Part shown: positions 17,666 to 26,817 of the stretch, piece by piece
Position numbering within the stretch: position 1 is the stretch's first letter
Layout of the letters: each line of letters opens with the position of its first letter
Virus record (IMG/VR): IMGVR_UViG_3300020178_000002
Coordinates: 1 to 64,000 of that record
DNA length: 64,000 nt
Reading direction: 5' to 3' (one strand)
The notes under the pieces: generated by a model
Seen by the model: the letters and a program-made list of their open reading frames with translations, nothing else
Databases searched by the model: none
Told to the model about the DNA's origin: nothing
Position numbers and translations under genes: made by a program

Positions 17666-18670
17666 TGCCCAGACAAGTATTACCATTTTAGGCCACCAGA
17701 GCATGAGGCTAACATCGGTTCTTATAATCAAGTCTTTGGTCAAGTTTGGGAAGATGAAGAGTTTCTTGAGTACCTTGAGCGAGCACTCGACTGGTGGAAC
17801 ATGCAACCGCCAGAGACAGAGGATCTTCACACATTAGATCAGCTTGTTGCTCAGAAGCCTGCATGGAGAACACCTATTTTACAGGGTGCTATTCAGTTTG
17901 CAGCAATGGCATTACAGGCAAATTGGATTGTAGATGAATTCTCGGTTAGAGGAGATACTGACTTGGAGGTTTTACTTCCTAGTGGAGAAAAGGTCAAGCT
18001 CACTATTGAGGAGCTACATGAGATTATAAAAGAGGAGCGTATGATGGATAATTTGACCAAACAAGCAATCAAACAGGCTTTCTTACAAGGAGAGCTTAAG
18101 GTTCTTTCCGTTGATAATGAAACCAGCCAAGTAGGCTACCAAGTGATTTCTGATGTGATGAAGCACCATACTCCACATAAAAAGATACTAAAAGTAGAAC
18201 TCGATAATGGGCAGTTCGTTATTGCTACTCAAGACCATTCCCTCTTCACCATTGAAGAGGGCAAGATCAAATCCATTGAAACAGAAAACTTTTCTGTTGG
18301 AGACACCCTCGCTATCGTTGAGGGTGGTGAAGTTAAAGGGTGTATTATCACTAACATCTCTCAAGAGGAAGACTGTGAATACACTTATGATCTTTGTGTG
18401 CCTATAAACGAGAACTTCGTACTTGCTAATGGCATACTAGCACACAACTCATACTCTATTGGAGGTATTTCTCTCGACATAGACAGGTCTAGTAAGTACG
18501 AGGGTTTGAAATCCTCAGCAGAGCAGATGTGGTCTACTTCTGTAGAAGCCAAGGCTAGAACAACAAAGTTCATAAGGGGTTTGAGGCAACCGAAATATGG
18601 TGTGGGAATAAGATCGAGTTTTGGGCCTGCGGTGGGTCGTGGTGTATTGAGTCCGAGAAACTTTATTTGA
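17279..18670 (+). CDS. C-half of the fractured adaptor: IntC (129 aa) + extein (92) + cis intein (169) + extein (73)
   Basis: TITGGH...FDLTVEENHNLV...VVVHN|C and a second SVRG...ATQDH...YDLCV..NENFVLANGILAHN|S. Extein motifs W.DEEFLEYL..AL.WWN..PP.T and F|SYSIGG.SL.IDRS resemble phage neck/adaptor proteins. Confidence 0.85.
   Translation: MTSQEQAQKIKDAFKKRKLSIKSMDTQGDFSWKQISKAHKNPTPIEPIYKITTEQGKHLTITGGHRVYMSPNLCVPAEELSVGLSLQTSQGATKISNIEVIENRPFMFDLTVEENHNLVLEGSDVVVHNCPDKYYHFRPPEHEANIGSYNQVFGQVWEDEEFLEYLERALDWWNMQPPETEDLHTLDQLVAQKPAWRTPILQGAIQFAAMALQANWIVDEFSVRGDTDLEVLLPSGEKVKLTIEELHEIIKEERMMDNLTKQAIKQAFLQGELKVLSVDNETSQVGYQVISDVMKHHTPHKKILKVELDNGQFVIATQDHSLFTIEEGKIKSIETENFSVGDTLAIVEGGEVKGCIITNISQEEDCEYTYDLCVPINENFVLANGILAHNSYSIGGISLDIDRSSKYEGLKSSAEQMWSTSVEAKARTTKFIRGLRQPKYGVGIRSSFGPAVGRGVLSPRNFI
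17942..18448 (+). other. contiguous mini-intein (Ser1...HN/Ser+1)
   Basis: 169 aa with blocks A, B, F and G; no endonuclease domain. Confidence 0.9.
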
Positions 18671-18773
18671 ACCCTATGTAGGCAGAGGAGTATTGAGGTA
18701 AGCAACGAAAGTATGGTGTTGGTATCTGTACTTTGAGTGAGTACTTTGAACCCTATGTGGGCAGAGGGGTGAG
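18666..18773 (+). repeat. relic duplicates of the adaptor gene 3' end
   Basis: tttgaaccctatgtRggcagaggRgt occurs twice (18666, 18745) and reads FEPYVGRGV; aagtatggtgttggtatc (18709) reads KYGVGI. The gene itself ends KYGVGIRSSFGPAVGRGVLS. Confidence 0.75.
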
Positions 18774-18805
18774 AAAAAAATCTTGACCACTTGCTTGCTT
18801 TTCAT

Positions 18806-18844
18806 ATAAGTTAATCTCAACTCAAGAATAAAGGATTAACTTAT
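18806..18844 (+). promoter_or_regulatory. hairpin covering the SD edge and AUG of the endonuclease gene
   Basis: Perfect 11-bp pair ataagttaatc / gattaacttat. Confidence 0.7.
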
Positions 18845-20117
18845 GGCTACTTGCCCTCACTGTAAAAGAGATTTCAAAACAGCAATAATTAGTGGTAGAC
18901 ACCGCAAGGTGTGTTGGCCAGATTGGAAGCCCCAACCAATTACACCATGTATCTGTGGACATGAATCCACATCAAACACACAGATGAAAAGACATAAGAA
19001 AGAATGCGAGGTATGGCAAGGTCGAGATAAGAAAGCGATCTCAAAGTTCAGACGCAAACAAACGATGAAGAATCGTTATGGGGTTGAGAATCCAGCCCAT
19101 AGCAAAGAGTCTGTAGAGAAGCGTAAACAGACTAACCTCAAGCGTTATGGTGCAGAGAACCCTTTCTCAAAGGAGAGTAGCCTTTTTGAAAAGGTGCAAG
19201 ATGCTCTTGATGGTAAGCGACCAGTCTTAAAGGGTAAGGATAACCCTTTTGCTTGGGAGAGCGTACAGGATAAGATCAAGCAGACGAACCTTGAGAGATA
19301 TGGTGTGGTCAACCCTCAACAGAATGATGTGGTCAAGGCTAAGACAGAGGCTACTAATCTTGAGAGGTATGGTGGAACGCTATTGGGATCACCAGAGCTT
19401 AGGGCTAAGATTGAGGCAACGAATATAGAGCGTTATGGTGTGCCTATCCCTAGCATGAGTAAAGAAGTCATGGATAGGGTTGTAGCGACTAATATGGAGC
19501 GATATGGTGTACCTTATACGAGTGCAGTGGGGGAGTTTAGACAGAAGCAACTCAAGACGATGATTGAGAACTATGGAAGCCACTACTTTGCGTCTGAGCA
19601 AGGCAAGGGGGAGATTAGGGCTACGATGGTGGATCGTTATGGTGTTGAGTTTCCTGGTGCTATTGATGGTCATTGGGATAAGGTGCAAGAGACATTGAAA
19701 GATAGGTATGGTGTGGAGTTCCCTATCTTGCTTATGAATCAGAAAGAGATGAACAAGTTTGAGTCAAGGGTAGCCTCATATAGCGACTCGCTCACCTTTA
19801 CAGGTAATGGTGCATATTGGAGATTTCTTCCAAGCAAGAAGAACTTTGATGGCTCGATTGGTGGCTACAAGAATCCAGACTTTGTAGTTTGTGTGAGTGA
19901 TGATCCCGAACATCCTTACATGGGTGCCACAAAGGTAGTGGAGTGTTTTGGTCAGTATTGGCACTCACAAGCGTTAACAGGGATGAGTAAAGAGGAGCAT
20001 GAGCGTAATACGATAGAGGCTTATGCGGAGGTAGGGCTTGATTGCCTTGTGATTTGGGAGGGAGACATTCGTTCAGATGAGGGTTCAGTGATTGAGAAGG
20101 TGGAGAGGTTCTGCTAG
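18843..20117 (+). mobile_element. putative homing endonuclease: Zn fingers + TNLERYGV repeats + Vsr-like C-terminal nuclease
   Basis: CPHC..H...C and CICG..H...C; about nine T(N/M)xxRYG repeats; NPDFVV...VVECFGQYWH...GLDCLVIWE. Confidence 0.75.
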
Positions 20118-20240
20118 TCAGATGCTTGATGAGCTTCAGAGAGAAATAGATTCTCTAAAGAGAGACCTAAATAAAAAACCCCCCCCAGAATCCTATTGAT
20201 AAGAGGTGTATTACAATAACTATTATTAAAAGGATTTTAT

Positions 20241-21185
20241 ATGAACATTTCTAAAAATCATTTATCTGAGGCATTCCCCCTTGAAGGTCAAAACCCATTA
20301 AAATGTGAGCCATTGGCTTTTAGAGGAACTGTTGAGGATATTGACTTTGAAGAAAGTGACTTTGAAGGTATTACTGCGTTAAACACTTATTATAAAGGTG
20401 TGCATTTTAAAGGTTGTACTTTCAATCTTACTTCTTTTTTCAAGTTTGTGGACTGCACTTTCACTGATGTTTCTTTTAAATACATCAGTGAAGAACGCTA
20501 TAAGAAAGATAATGAAGAAGATAGGAGAAGTCTCTTTATCAACTGCAAGTTTGTAAACACAACTTTTAAAAAAGTAAGTCTGGCTGGTGTAAGATTTGAT
20601 AATTGCAGTTTAGAGAACATCGCAATCATATCTTCATGTTTTGAAGCAGTTGATTTTGAGACTTCAACCTTAAAGAATGTGAAGTTTGTAAGCTGTTTTG
20701 TTAAGAACCTCTTGGTTTCAAGTGGAGAAAAAGTTTCTTTTGTTGCCTGTAAGACTACTGCAAACAAACATAAGCCAGCCACAATTGAGTTTCTAAATAC
20801 ACGAAGCAATTCTAAACAGAAGATTGTTAGCCCTAAGTTAGAGCTGCTGGATGCAACAGATAACCAAAGCCATGTCTTTGCAGGGAAGGGTGCATATAAC
20901 CAATATGTTGCTTTTCAGCAACATAGGACATATTCTTATTTTTATGCAACTACCTTAAAAAGATTATATGAGAAAGCCAGATTAGCCGCCCCACAGGGGT
21001 TACATCTTCACGAAAAACTAAAACTTCTTGATGAGAAAGACGCAAGGGAAAAGAAAGCCTTTCGGAAGAAGCTGAGAAAAAATATTCTTGGGCTTATCCT
21101 TATTGGACTTAGTTCCTATCTTCTATATTCAAATCAAGAAGCTGTTCTTCAGTCTATTGAATACCTTAAAAACCTTAGCTTCTAA
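20241..21185 (+). CDS. pentapeptide repeat protein with C-terminal TM anchor
   Basis: HFKGCTF, CTFTDVSF, CKFVNTTF, VRFDNCSL repeats; ILGLILIGLSSYLLY. Confidence 0.8.
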   Translation: MNISKNHLSEAFPLEGQNPLKCEPLAFRGTVEDIDFEESDFEGITALNTYYKGVHFKGCTFNLTSFFKFVDCTFTDVSFKYISEERYKKDNEEDRRSLFINCKFVNTTFKKVSLAGVRFDNCSLENIAIISSCFEAVDFETSTLKNVKFVSCFVKNLLVSSGEKVSFVACKTTANKHKPATIEFLNTRSNSKQKIVSPKLELLDATDNQSHVFAGKGAYNQYVAFQQHRTYSYFYATTLKRLYEKARLAAPQGLHLHEKLKLLDEKDAREKKAFRKKLRKNILGLILIGLSSYLLYSNQEAVLQSIEYLKNLSF

Positions 21186-21223
21186 GAAAAGCTGTTGCTT
21201 TAACCTGACTTTCTTCTACTATT

Positions 21224-21261
21224 AGGCACATACTCCATCTTTGGGGTGTGTGCCTTTTTTT
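21224..21261 (+). terminator. intrinsic terminator
   Basis: aggcacatactcca-tctt-tggggtgtgtgcct followed by a T-run. Confidence 0.8.
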
Positions 21262-21304
21262 GTCTTTATATATTTTTTTAGATAAGTATATCAAGGAGAA
21301 GAAA

Positions 21305-21733
21305 ATGAAAATAAACAATAAGATAGAAAACCTTGAGAATCGCATCGCCAAGCTAGAGGTTCAAAGTGCCCTCAACGATCCTTTCCTCAAAATTATAGGA
21401 CCTACTGACCCAGAAGCAATCGCAGATTACCTTGAGTTTAATTCTAGGGGGGTTGCTTATATTGAGGATGATAGGTTATTCGCTAGTAAAATCATGAAGC
21501 GACCTCAGCTCATTCTTGATGAGTTGATTTTGATTGAGTGGAGAAAAATGGGCTATGGTGGTAGGGCTGGAGAGAGAAATGAGTTCGGTGAGGTCATGTA
21601 TGATGAGATGGATGATTGGGTGGCTTCTGGTGCTCGTAAAAGGTATGAAAAATACAAGAGGTCTAAGCTCATTGTGAAGCAAGTAGTGTCACCAAGAACG
21701 GGTAAGAATGGTTGGGTTTTAACTCTGAAATAA
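21305..21733 (+). CDS. leader-family protein
   Basis: Start reassigned: MKINNKIENLENRIAKLEVQS after AAGGAG. Confidence 0.75.
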   Translation: MKINNKIENLENRIAKLEVQSALNDPFLKIIGPTDPEAIADYLEFNSRGVAYIEDDRLFASKIMKRPQLILDELILIEWRKMGYGGRAGERNEFGEVMYDEMDDWVASGARKRYEKYKRSKLIVKQVVSPRTGKNGWVLTLK

Positions 21734-21746
21734 TAGTTCGCTTATA
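21731..21746 (+). promoter_or_regulatory. putative late-type promoter
   Basis: taata gttcgc ttata. Confidence 0.6.
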
Positions 21747-21787
21747 TTGCTTCTTCAACAAACCATTGTAAAAAAAAGAGGGTCTGT

Positions 21788-22612
21788 ATGAGAAAGCTAG
21801 CATCCGATATTCGCAGTCTTGAACTGAGGATAGCCAAACTAGAGAAAATAAAAGACAAGGCATCTTATGTCAGTAAGTTAAAGGACAAGATTGCAGATGC
21901 TTATGTTGCCTTTAAGAGAAAAGTGCCTGGTAAGAGTGAAGTCAGATCAATGGTTAAAGAAGTTTTATCAAACCTTGAGTCTGACATTAACAGTTATTCT
22001 TATAGTTCGATGGAGTCAACTATATCTCTTAAAGGAGAATCTGTTTTCTTTAACATTGTTTTTGAAACTAGTTCTGGGATTAAGGAATTGAATTTTAGTC
22101 TTAGGGATAGAGAAGACATCCTTTCAGTTCGGGAGCTTAATCTTAAGGAAACGACTTCAGCAAATGTTAGACCACTTAGGCATATAAGAGCTGTCATACA
22201 CAGACATCTTTATTATGGTAATCCCTTATTTTGGGGGTTATTAAAAGGAGACCTCACTAGTTTGATTGATGATTTGGATTCGAAGACTAGAAAAGATTTT
22301 GAGCAGAAGTTCTGGAAAGACCTTGAGCGTAAGTCTTCAGTGGCAGCTAAAATTTTAAAAATAATTGCTGCTGTTGGTATGGGTGGGTTGCTTGTAAAGC
22401 TTGTTATGGCAGTTTTCGGACTAAGTTTGTGGAATTTAATTGGCTGGTCAGTTTTTGGTCTTTTGATTACAACTCTGGGGGCTCTTGCAACAGCTATGTG
22501 GGAACATATAGGACAAGCTAATAAGAGGGCTTCAAGAAAAGACAGGAAAAAATTAGAGTCTTTTCTTTTTGACCTGTCTTGGTATGGCCTTGAGGCTCTT
22601 TTGGGGATCTGA
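21788..22612 (+). CDS. leader-family protein with C-terminal hydrophobic hairpin
   Basis: MRKLASDIRSLELRIAKLEK; two TM-like segments. Confidence 0.8.
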   Translation: MRKLASDIRSLELRIAKLEKIKDKASYVSKLKDKIADAYVAFKRKVPGKSEVRSMVKEVLSNLESDINSYSYSSMESTISLKGESVFFNIVFETSSGIKELNFSLRDREDILSVRELNLKETTSANVRPLRHIRAVIHRHLYYGNPLFWGLLKGDLTSLIDDLDSKTRKDFEQKFWKDLERKSSVAAKILKIIAAVGMGGLLVKLVMAVFGLSLWNLIGWSVFGLLITTLGALATAMWEHIGQANKRASRKDRKKLESFLFDLSWYGLEALLGI

Positions 22613-22677
22613 AAAACTTCTATCTTGCTCTCTTAGTTCTATAATGGGTCTTACTATTTAACTAAAGAGAGGAAGAT

Positions 22678-25215
22678 ATGATTTTTTATTCCGAGAAAGA
22701 TGTTGAGGTTCATTTTCGCAAGGTTTTAGAAGATGCAACAGGAGAACATTTTAAAACACTTCGTAAGGTAAAAAACTCAAAAGGAAGACATTGGGAAACA
22801 GATGGTGTAATAGAATGGCAAACACCTTCAAAAACACCTGTTAGAGTTCTTTTAGAAGCCAAATTTGGTGCTGACTTTAAGAAAGCAACTTCAAGAAGTT
22901 CGGTTTTAGCTCAAGCTTTGTTTTACTGTAAGCGTTTTGAGGAACAGGGAGATGACTTACCAAATGTAATATTTATTGGAGATGAGGAATACTGTTTCGC
23001 AGTTCCTATGTCTTCCCTTAAATCTTTTTTAGAAGCAGAGGTAGATTGGTCAAGAGCACCATCAAATCCAGATCCTTCTTTAGAAGTTAATGTAGATACT
23101 CATTTAGAAAGTACTCTTGGAGTAGATGGTGAGCATTTAAAGCAACTTTGTGAGGGATTGGCTAGTGCTTGTCTTCAAAAGGTAAAGCCTTCACCTCAAA
23201 ACATCTCTGCAATGTATCAATATTGGGTAGATCAAATATTCTTAGAGGGTCACTCATACACACCTGTTGAGATGACAGACATTTTTTTTGGTTGTGTGTT
23301 CTACTCAGAGATTGACGAACATTATGTTCAAGAACACAGGGTTAAAAAGAATACTATCATGATGAGTGGTAAAGAGTACAACATCAATGTTTCAGCTATG
23401 AGAGGTTTTTTCCAGCGTAGGGAAAGAGGTCTTTCTAAAAAAGATGTGGATGAACTTGTTTCCATGAGAGACCGAATTATAGAAGATGATACAAGACGCA
23501 GGCAAGGTGCTTTTTATACCCCTACTCTATGGGTAGCAGAAGCTCATAAAGAAATGGAGAAAGAGTTAGGGGAAGATTGGAGGGATGAATGTGTTGTCTG
23601 GGATTGTTGCTCTGGGACAGGGAATATTACTCGAGACTATGATTTTCAAAATCTAATTCTTTCCACAGCAGAGAAGCCAGATGTTGATGTTATTAAAAGA
23701 GAGTGTTACAACGAGGGTGCATTTGTATTCCAATATGACTTCTTGAATCCAGAAGATGAAAGTCCTTTCTTTACAGGTGACTCTGACAACGTATTACCTT
23801 TAAAGGTAAAAAAGATGTTAAAAAAGGCTGCTGAGGAAGATAAGAGGATAGTATTTTTAATAAACCCTCCTTATGCAGAGGATGGTGTTGCAGGGGCTAA
23901 AGGAAATACTCGTAAAGGGGTTGCAAGTAACACTCTTGTGAACAGTGAGATGCCAAAGTTAGGCAGAGCAAATAGACAATTATATGCCCAATTCCTATAC
24001 CAATGTGAAAAGGTAAGTAGAGATTATGGTTTTGACAAAAAGACCATAGGGATTTTCTGCCCTTCCATATTTATGTCCTCTGGGTCTTTTAGTAAGTTTA
24101 GAGAATGGTGGTATGCAAAGTATTCATACAAGTCAGGGTTTTTGTTTCAGGCATCACACTTTGCTGACGTTAAAGGGTCTTGGGGTATTTCCTTTACACT
24201 TTGGAGTGAAGGTAATACAGCATTAGAAAGCAATCTTCCTCTTTTATTAAAAGACACATGTCAAGCTGAGAAAGTTAGTGTTATTGGGGATAAGAATTTA
24301 TATTCACCCTCAGCATCTTCGGCATCTTCTTGGGTTTCAGCTCTTTCACCTGCTTCTTCTAATATAGACACACCAAAGTTTTCTAGTGGTCTTAAAGTTA
24401 AAGAATCTGTAAGCAATGACAAAGGTATTGATCAAGATGCTTTGGGGGTCATGTGCAATATGGGCAATAGTTTAATGAAGTCTGCTACAGATGTTTATTT
24501 TATATCTGGAAAGCCCTCTCATAAAGGATGCTGTAATTTCCCTTTGGTTGAAGGAGAAGGGTGGAGAAGGGCTATTTCCTTATTCTCAGCTAGAAAGCTT
24601 GTTTCATCTAATTGGGTTAACCAGAAAGATGAATACCTAATACCTGATGTAAGCAAAGAGGGTTATGAAGATTGGGTTGATGATTGCCATGTATATGCTC
24701 TTTTACACTCTTCTAATAACATAGTTTCAATGAGAAGCCTCGATTACAAATCTAAGAAGTGGGATATTTATAATCACTTCTTTTGGATGAGTAGAGCAGA
24801 GGCTATGGAGTTGTATGGAGAGAGCAAGGAAGCTAAGTCTCTTTATCGAGATGCTAGAAACAACCCAATCTCTTATAATAAGAGTTCTGGGCAAGTTAAA
24901 GAGTGGAGAAAAAATGGAGATCCTTACTTCTCATATATTCTCCCTAAGCTAACTCTTTCTTCACTCTCAAGAGAAATCTTGAGTGATCTTCAAAAGCTCT
25001 TTATTGAGACTATACCTTATAGGTCGCAGATAACACATGAAAAAGGCTTAGACTTACACTTAGGCTCATGGGATGCTGGCATCTACCAGCTTAATAAGAT
25101 TTGGAAGCAATTACCTATTTTGAATAAAAAGTGGGAAGCTTTGAAAGTAAAGCACAGACAACTTGGTAAAAACCTAGAGCATGGAGTATATACTTTTGGG
25201 TTTTTGAAGAAATGA
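22678..25215 (+). CDS. fused restriction endonuclease / amino-methyltransferase (Type IIG-like)
   Basis: N-terminal TDGV...VLLEAKF...AQALFY nuclease; GAFYTP; motif I VWDCCSGTGN; motif IV INPPY; LYAQF; C-terminal TRD-sized region. Confidence 0.85.
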   Translation: MIFYSEKDVEVHFRKVLEDATGEHFKTLRKVKNSKGRHWETDGVIEWQTPSKTPVRVLLEAKFGADFKKATSRSSVLAQALFYCKRFEEQGDDLPNVIFIGDEEYCFAVPMSSLKSFLEAEVDWSRAPSNPDPSLEVNVDTHLESTLGVDGEHLKQLCEGLASACLQKVKPSPQNISAMYQYWVDQIFLEGHSYTPVEMTDIFFGCVFYSEIDEHYVQEHRVKKNTIMMSGKEYNINVSAMRGFFQRRERGLSKKDVDELVSMRDRIIEDDTRRRQGAFYTPTLWVAEAHKEMEKELGEDWRDECVVWDCCSGTGNITRDYDFQNLILSTAEKPDVDVIKRECYNEGAFVFQYDFLNPEDESPFFTGDSDNVLPLKVKKMLKKAAEEDKRIVFLINPPYAEDGVAGAKGNTRKGVASNTLVNSEMPKLGRANRQLYAQFLYQCEKVSRDYGFDKKTIGIFCPSIFMSSGSFSKFREWWYAKYSYKSGFLFQASHFADVKGSWGISFTLWSEGNTALESNLPLLLKDTCQAEKVSVIGDKNLYSPSASSASSWVSALSPASSNIDTPKFSSGLKVKESVSNDKGIDQDALGVMCNMGNSLMKSATDVYFISGKPSHKGCCNFPLVEGEGWRRAISLFSARKLVSSNWVNQKDEYLIPDVSKEGYEDWVDDCHVYALLHSSNNIVSMRSLDYKSKKWDIYNHFFWMSRAEAMELYGESKEAKSLYRDARNNPISYNKSSGQVKEWRKNGDPYFSYILPKLTLSSLSREILSDLQKLFIETIPYRSQITHEKGLDLHLGSWDAGIYQLNKIWKQLPILNKKWEALKVKHRQLGKNLEHGVYTFGFLKK

Positions 25216-25925
25216 GTTTGGGTATGAAGCCTAGAGAAAAATATGAGGATTTATTTTTCCACAACGAAGACTTCCCTATCCTTGATCTAAATGTACATTT
25301 AGTGAAGTGTCATTTCTATGCTTCAAGGTTTAAGAAGACTTCTTTCAAAGGGTCTATTTTAGAGGACTGTACTTTTGACTACACTATCTTTAGTAGGTGT
25401 AACTTTGATGGGGCTGTACTTAAGGATAGTGATGTCTCTGTGTACACAAAGCAGGTCTATTTTAGAGGTTGTAGCTTTAAAGGTGCTACTATATCACTTC
25501 TGGTAGATGGGGATGCTGTTTTTGACAACTGCAACCTAGAAGGTGCGACTTTTAAAGATTGTGACTTTGCCTGTGCAAGTTTTCAAGGCAGCAACTGTAA
25601 AGGGGTAGACTTTACAGGCATTACATATAACTACCAAGAAGCTCAAGATCAGCATTTCAATGGATATAACCATGACCCTCGCTTATTGTTTCAAGGTGCT
25701 GATCTCTCTGGGGCTAAGTTTGATGGGTTTTCTTTAAACCATGCACAATTTGAGGGTGCTATTTTGGATGGTGCTAGCTTTAGAGGGTGTGACTTAAGTT
25801 CAGAGCTTGTAGATCTCACAGGTTGGGGCTGTTGTGACTTTTATTCTGAGGGGACTAGCTTTAAGGGTTGTGACATGAGTAAAGCAGACTTCACAGATGC
25901 TGATCTTACGGGTGTTTTGAAATAG
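25212..25925 (+). CDS. pentapeptide repeat protein
   Basis: TSFKGSILEDCTFD, ADLSGAKFDG, ADFTDADLTG; ATGA overlap with the R-M gene. Confidence 0.9.
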   Translation: MSLGMKPREKYEDLFFHNEDFPILDLNVHLVKCHFYASRFKKTSFKGSILEDCTFDYTIFSRCNFDGAVLKDSDVSVYTKQVYFRGCSFKGATISLLVDGDAVFDNCNLEGATFKDCDFACASFQGSNCKGVDFTGITYNYQEAQDQHFNGYNHDPRLLFQGADLSGAKFDGFSLNHAQFEGAILDGASFRGCDLSSELVDLTGWGCCDFYSEGTSFKGCDMSKADFTDADLTGVLK

Positions 25926-25983
25926 TTTTTTTATTTCTTCTATACTTCTATATTCGATAATAGATAGTAAAAAGGAGAAATAA

Positions 25984-26814
25984 ATGACTAAACTACCTAC
26001 AAAAATATCAGTTTATTGGGACTATCAAGACAGCCTATACGAAATTCTCGAAGAAGAAGAGATTGAGAATCTAACAGTAGAAGAGAAGCTGGAAGAGCTG
26101 GGTCTTGAAAGAGAAATCGAAATTCCAAGAAACATACTTCTAGAGATGGCTCTCACTCCAAAAGATGATAGAGAATTCCTTCTTTCGGATTATTTGTCAG
26201 ACACTTATGGCTACACCCATTTTGGCTGGGTTGTTATGGAAGAAAAAGCTCTGAAAGATATGGAATTTAGAAATGTCTATGTCGGAGACTTGGAAGACAG
26301 CTTCGCATCTTTAAACCTAGATGGGTTAAGGCTAAGTAAGTCTGAAATGCATGTTACTTTCAAAGATGTTCACTTTAAGGGTGCTGTTTTTACAGGGTCT
26401 GATATTAAGTCTTCCTCATTTATGAATTGTGGAATGGCTTCTGCTAACTTTACGGGGTGTGATCTTAGAGAAGTCTACTTTGCTTACTGTGACCTTAAAG
26501 ATGTAGACTTCACAGGTGCTGATGTAAAAGGTGCTATCTTTAAGAAATGTAAAAACTTGACCATAGAGCAACTTAGAAAAGTAAAGTCTGGGTTCATAGA
26601 TATTGAAATAGGAGATATTTTAAAATCGACAACCTCCACAGAACAATATGTAGTGATTGCTGTTAAAGGCGACAAGATTAAAATGAGAAACATAAGAACA
26701 GGTCGTAAATATATTAGGAAAGCTGTTTTTGATAACTCTGGGCATCAGGGCAAAGTTATGATTTCAGTGATAGATAATCGTAGAAACATCTACTATAACT
26801 TTAAGAGGAAGTAA
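25984..26814 (+). CDS. pentapeptide repeat protein with acidic N-domain and small C-terminal beta domain
   Basis: AVFTGSDIK, ANFTGCDLR, VDFTGADVK. Confidence 0.85.
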   Translation: MTKLPTKISVYWDYQDSLYEILEEEEIENLTVEEKLEELGLEREIEIPRNILLEMALTPKDDREFLLSDYLSDTYGYTHFGWVVMEEKALKDMEFRNVYVGDLEDSFASLNLDGLRLSKSEMHVTFKDVHFKGAVFTGSDIKSSSFMNCGMASANFTGCDLREVYFAYCDLKDVDFTGADVKGAIFKKCKNLTIEQLRKVKSGFIDIEIGDILKSTTSTEQYVVIAVKGDKIKMRNIRTGRKYIRKAVFDNSGHQGKVMISVIDNRRNIYYNFKRK

Positions 26815-26817
26815 GTT

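Noticed and set aside
20118-20199. Short frame MLDELQREIDSLKRDLNK after the Vsr-like endonuclease, possibly a gene remnant
   Set aside because: No SD and no matching parent gene identified in the window.
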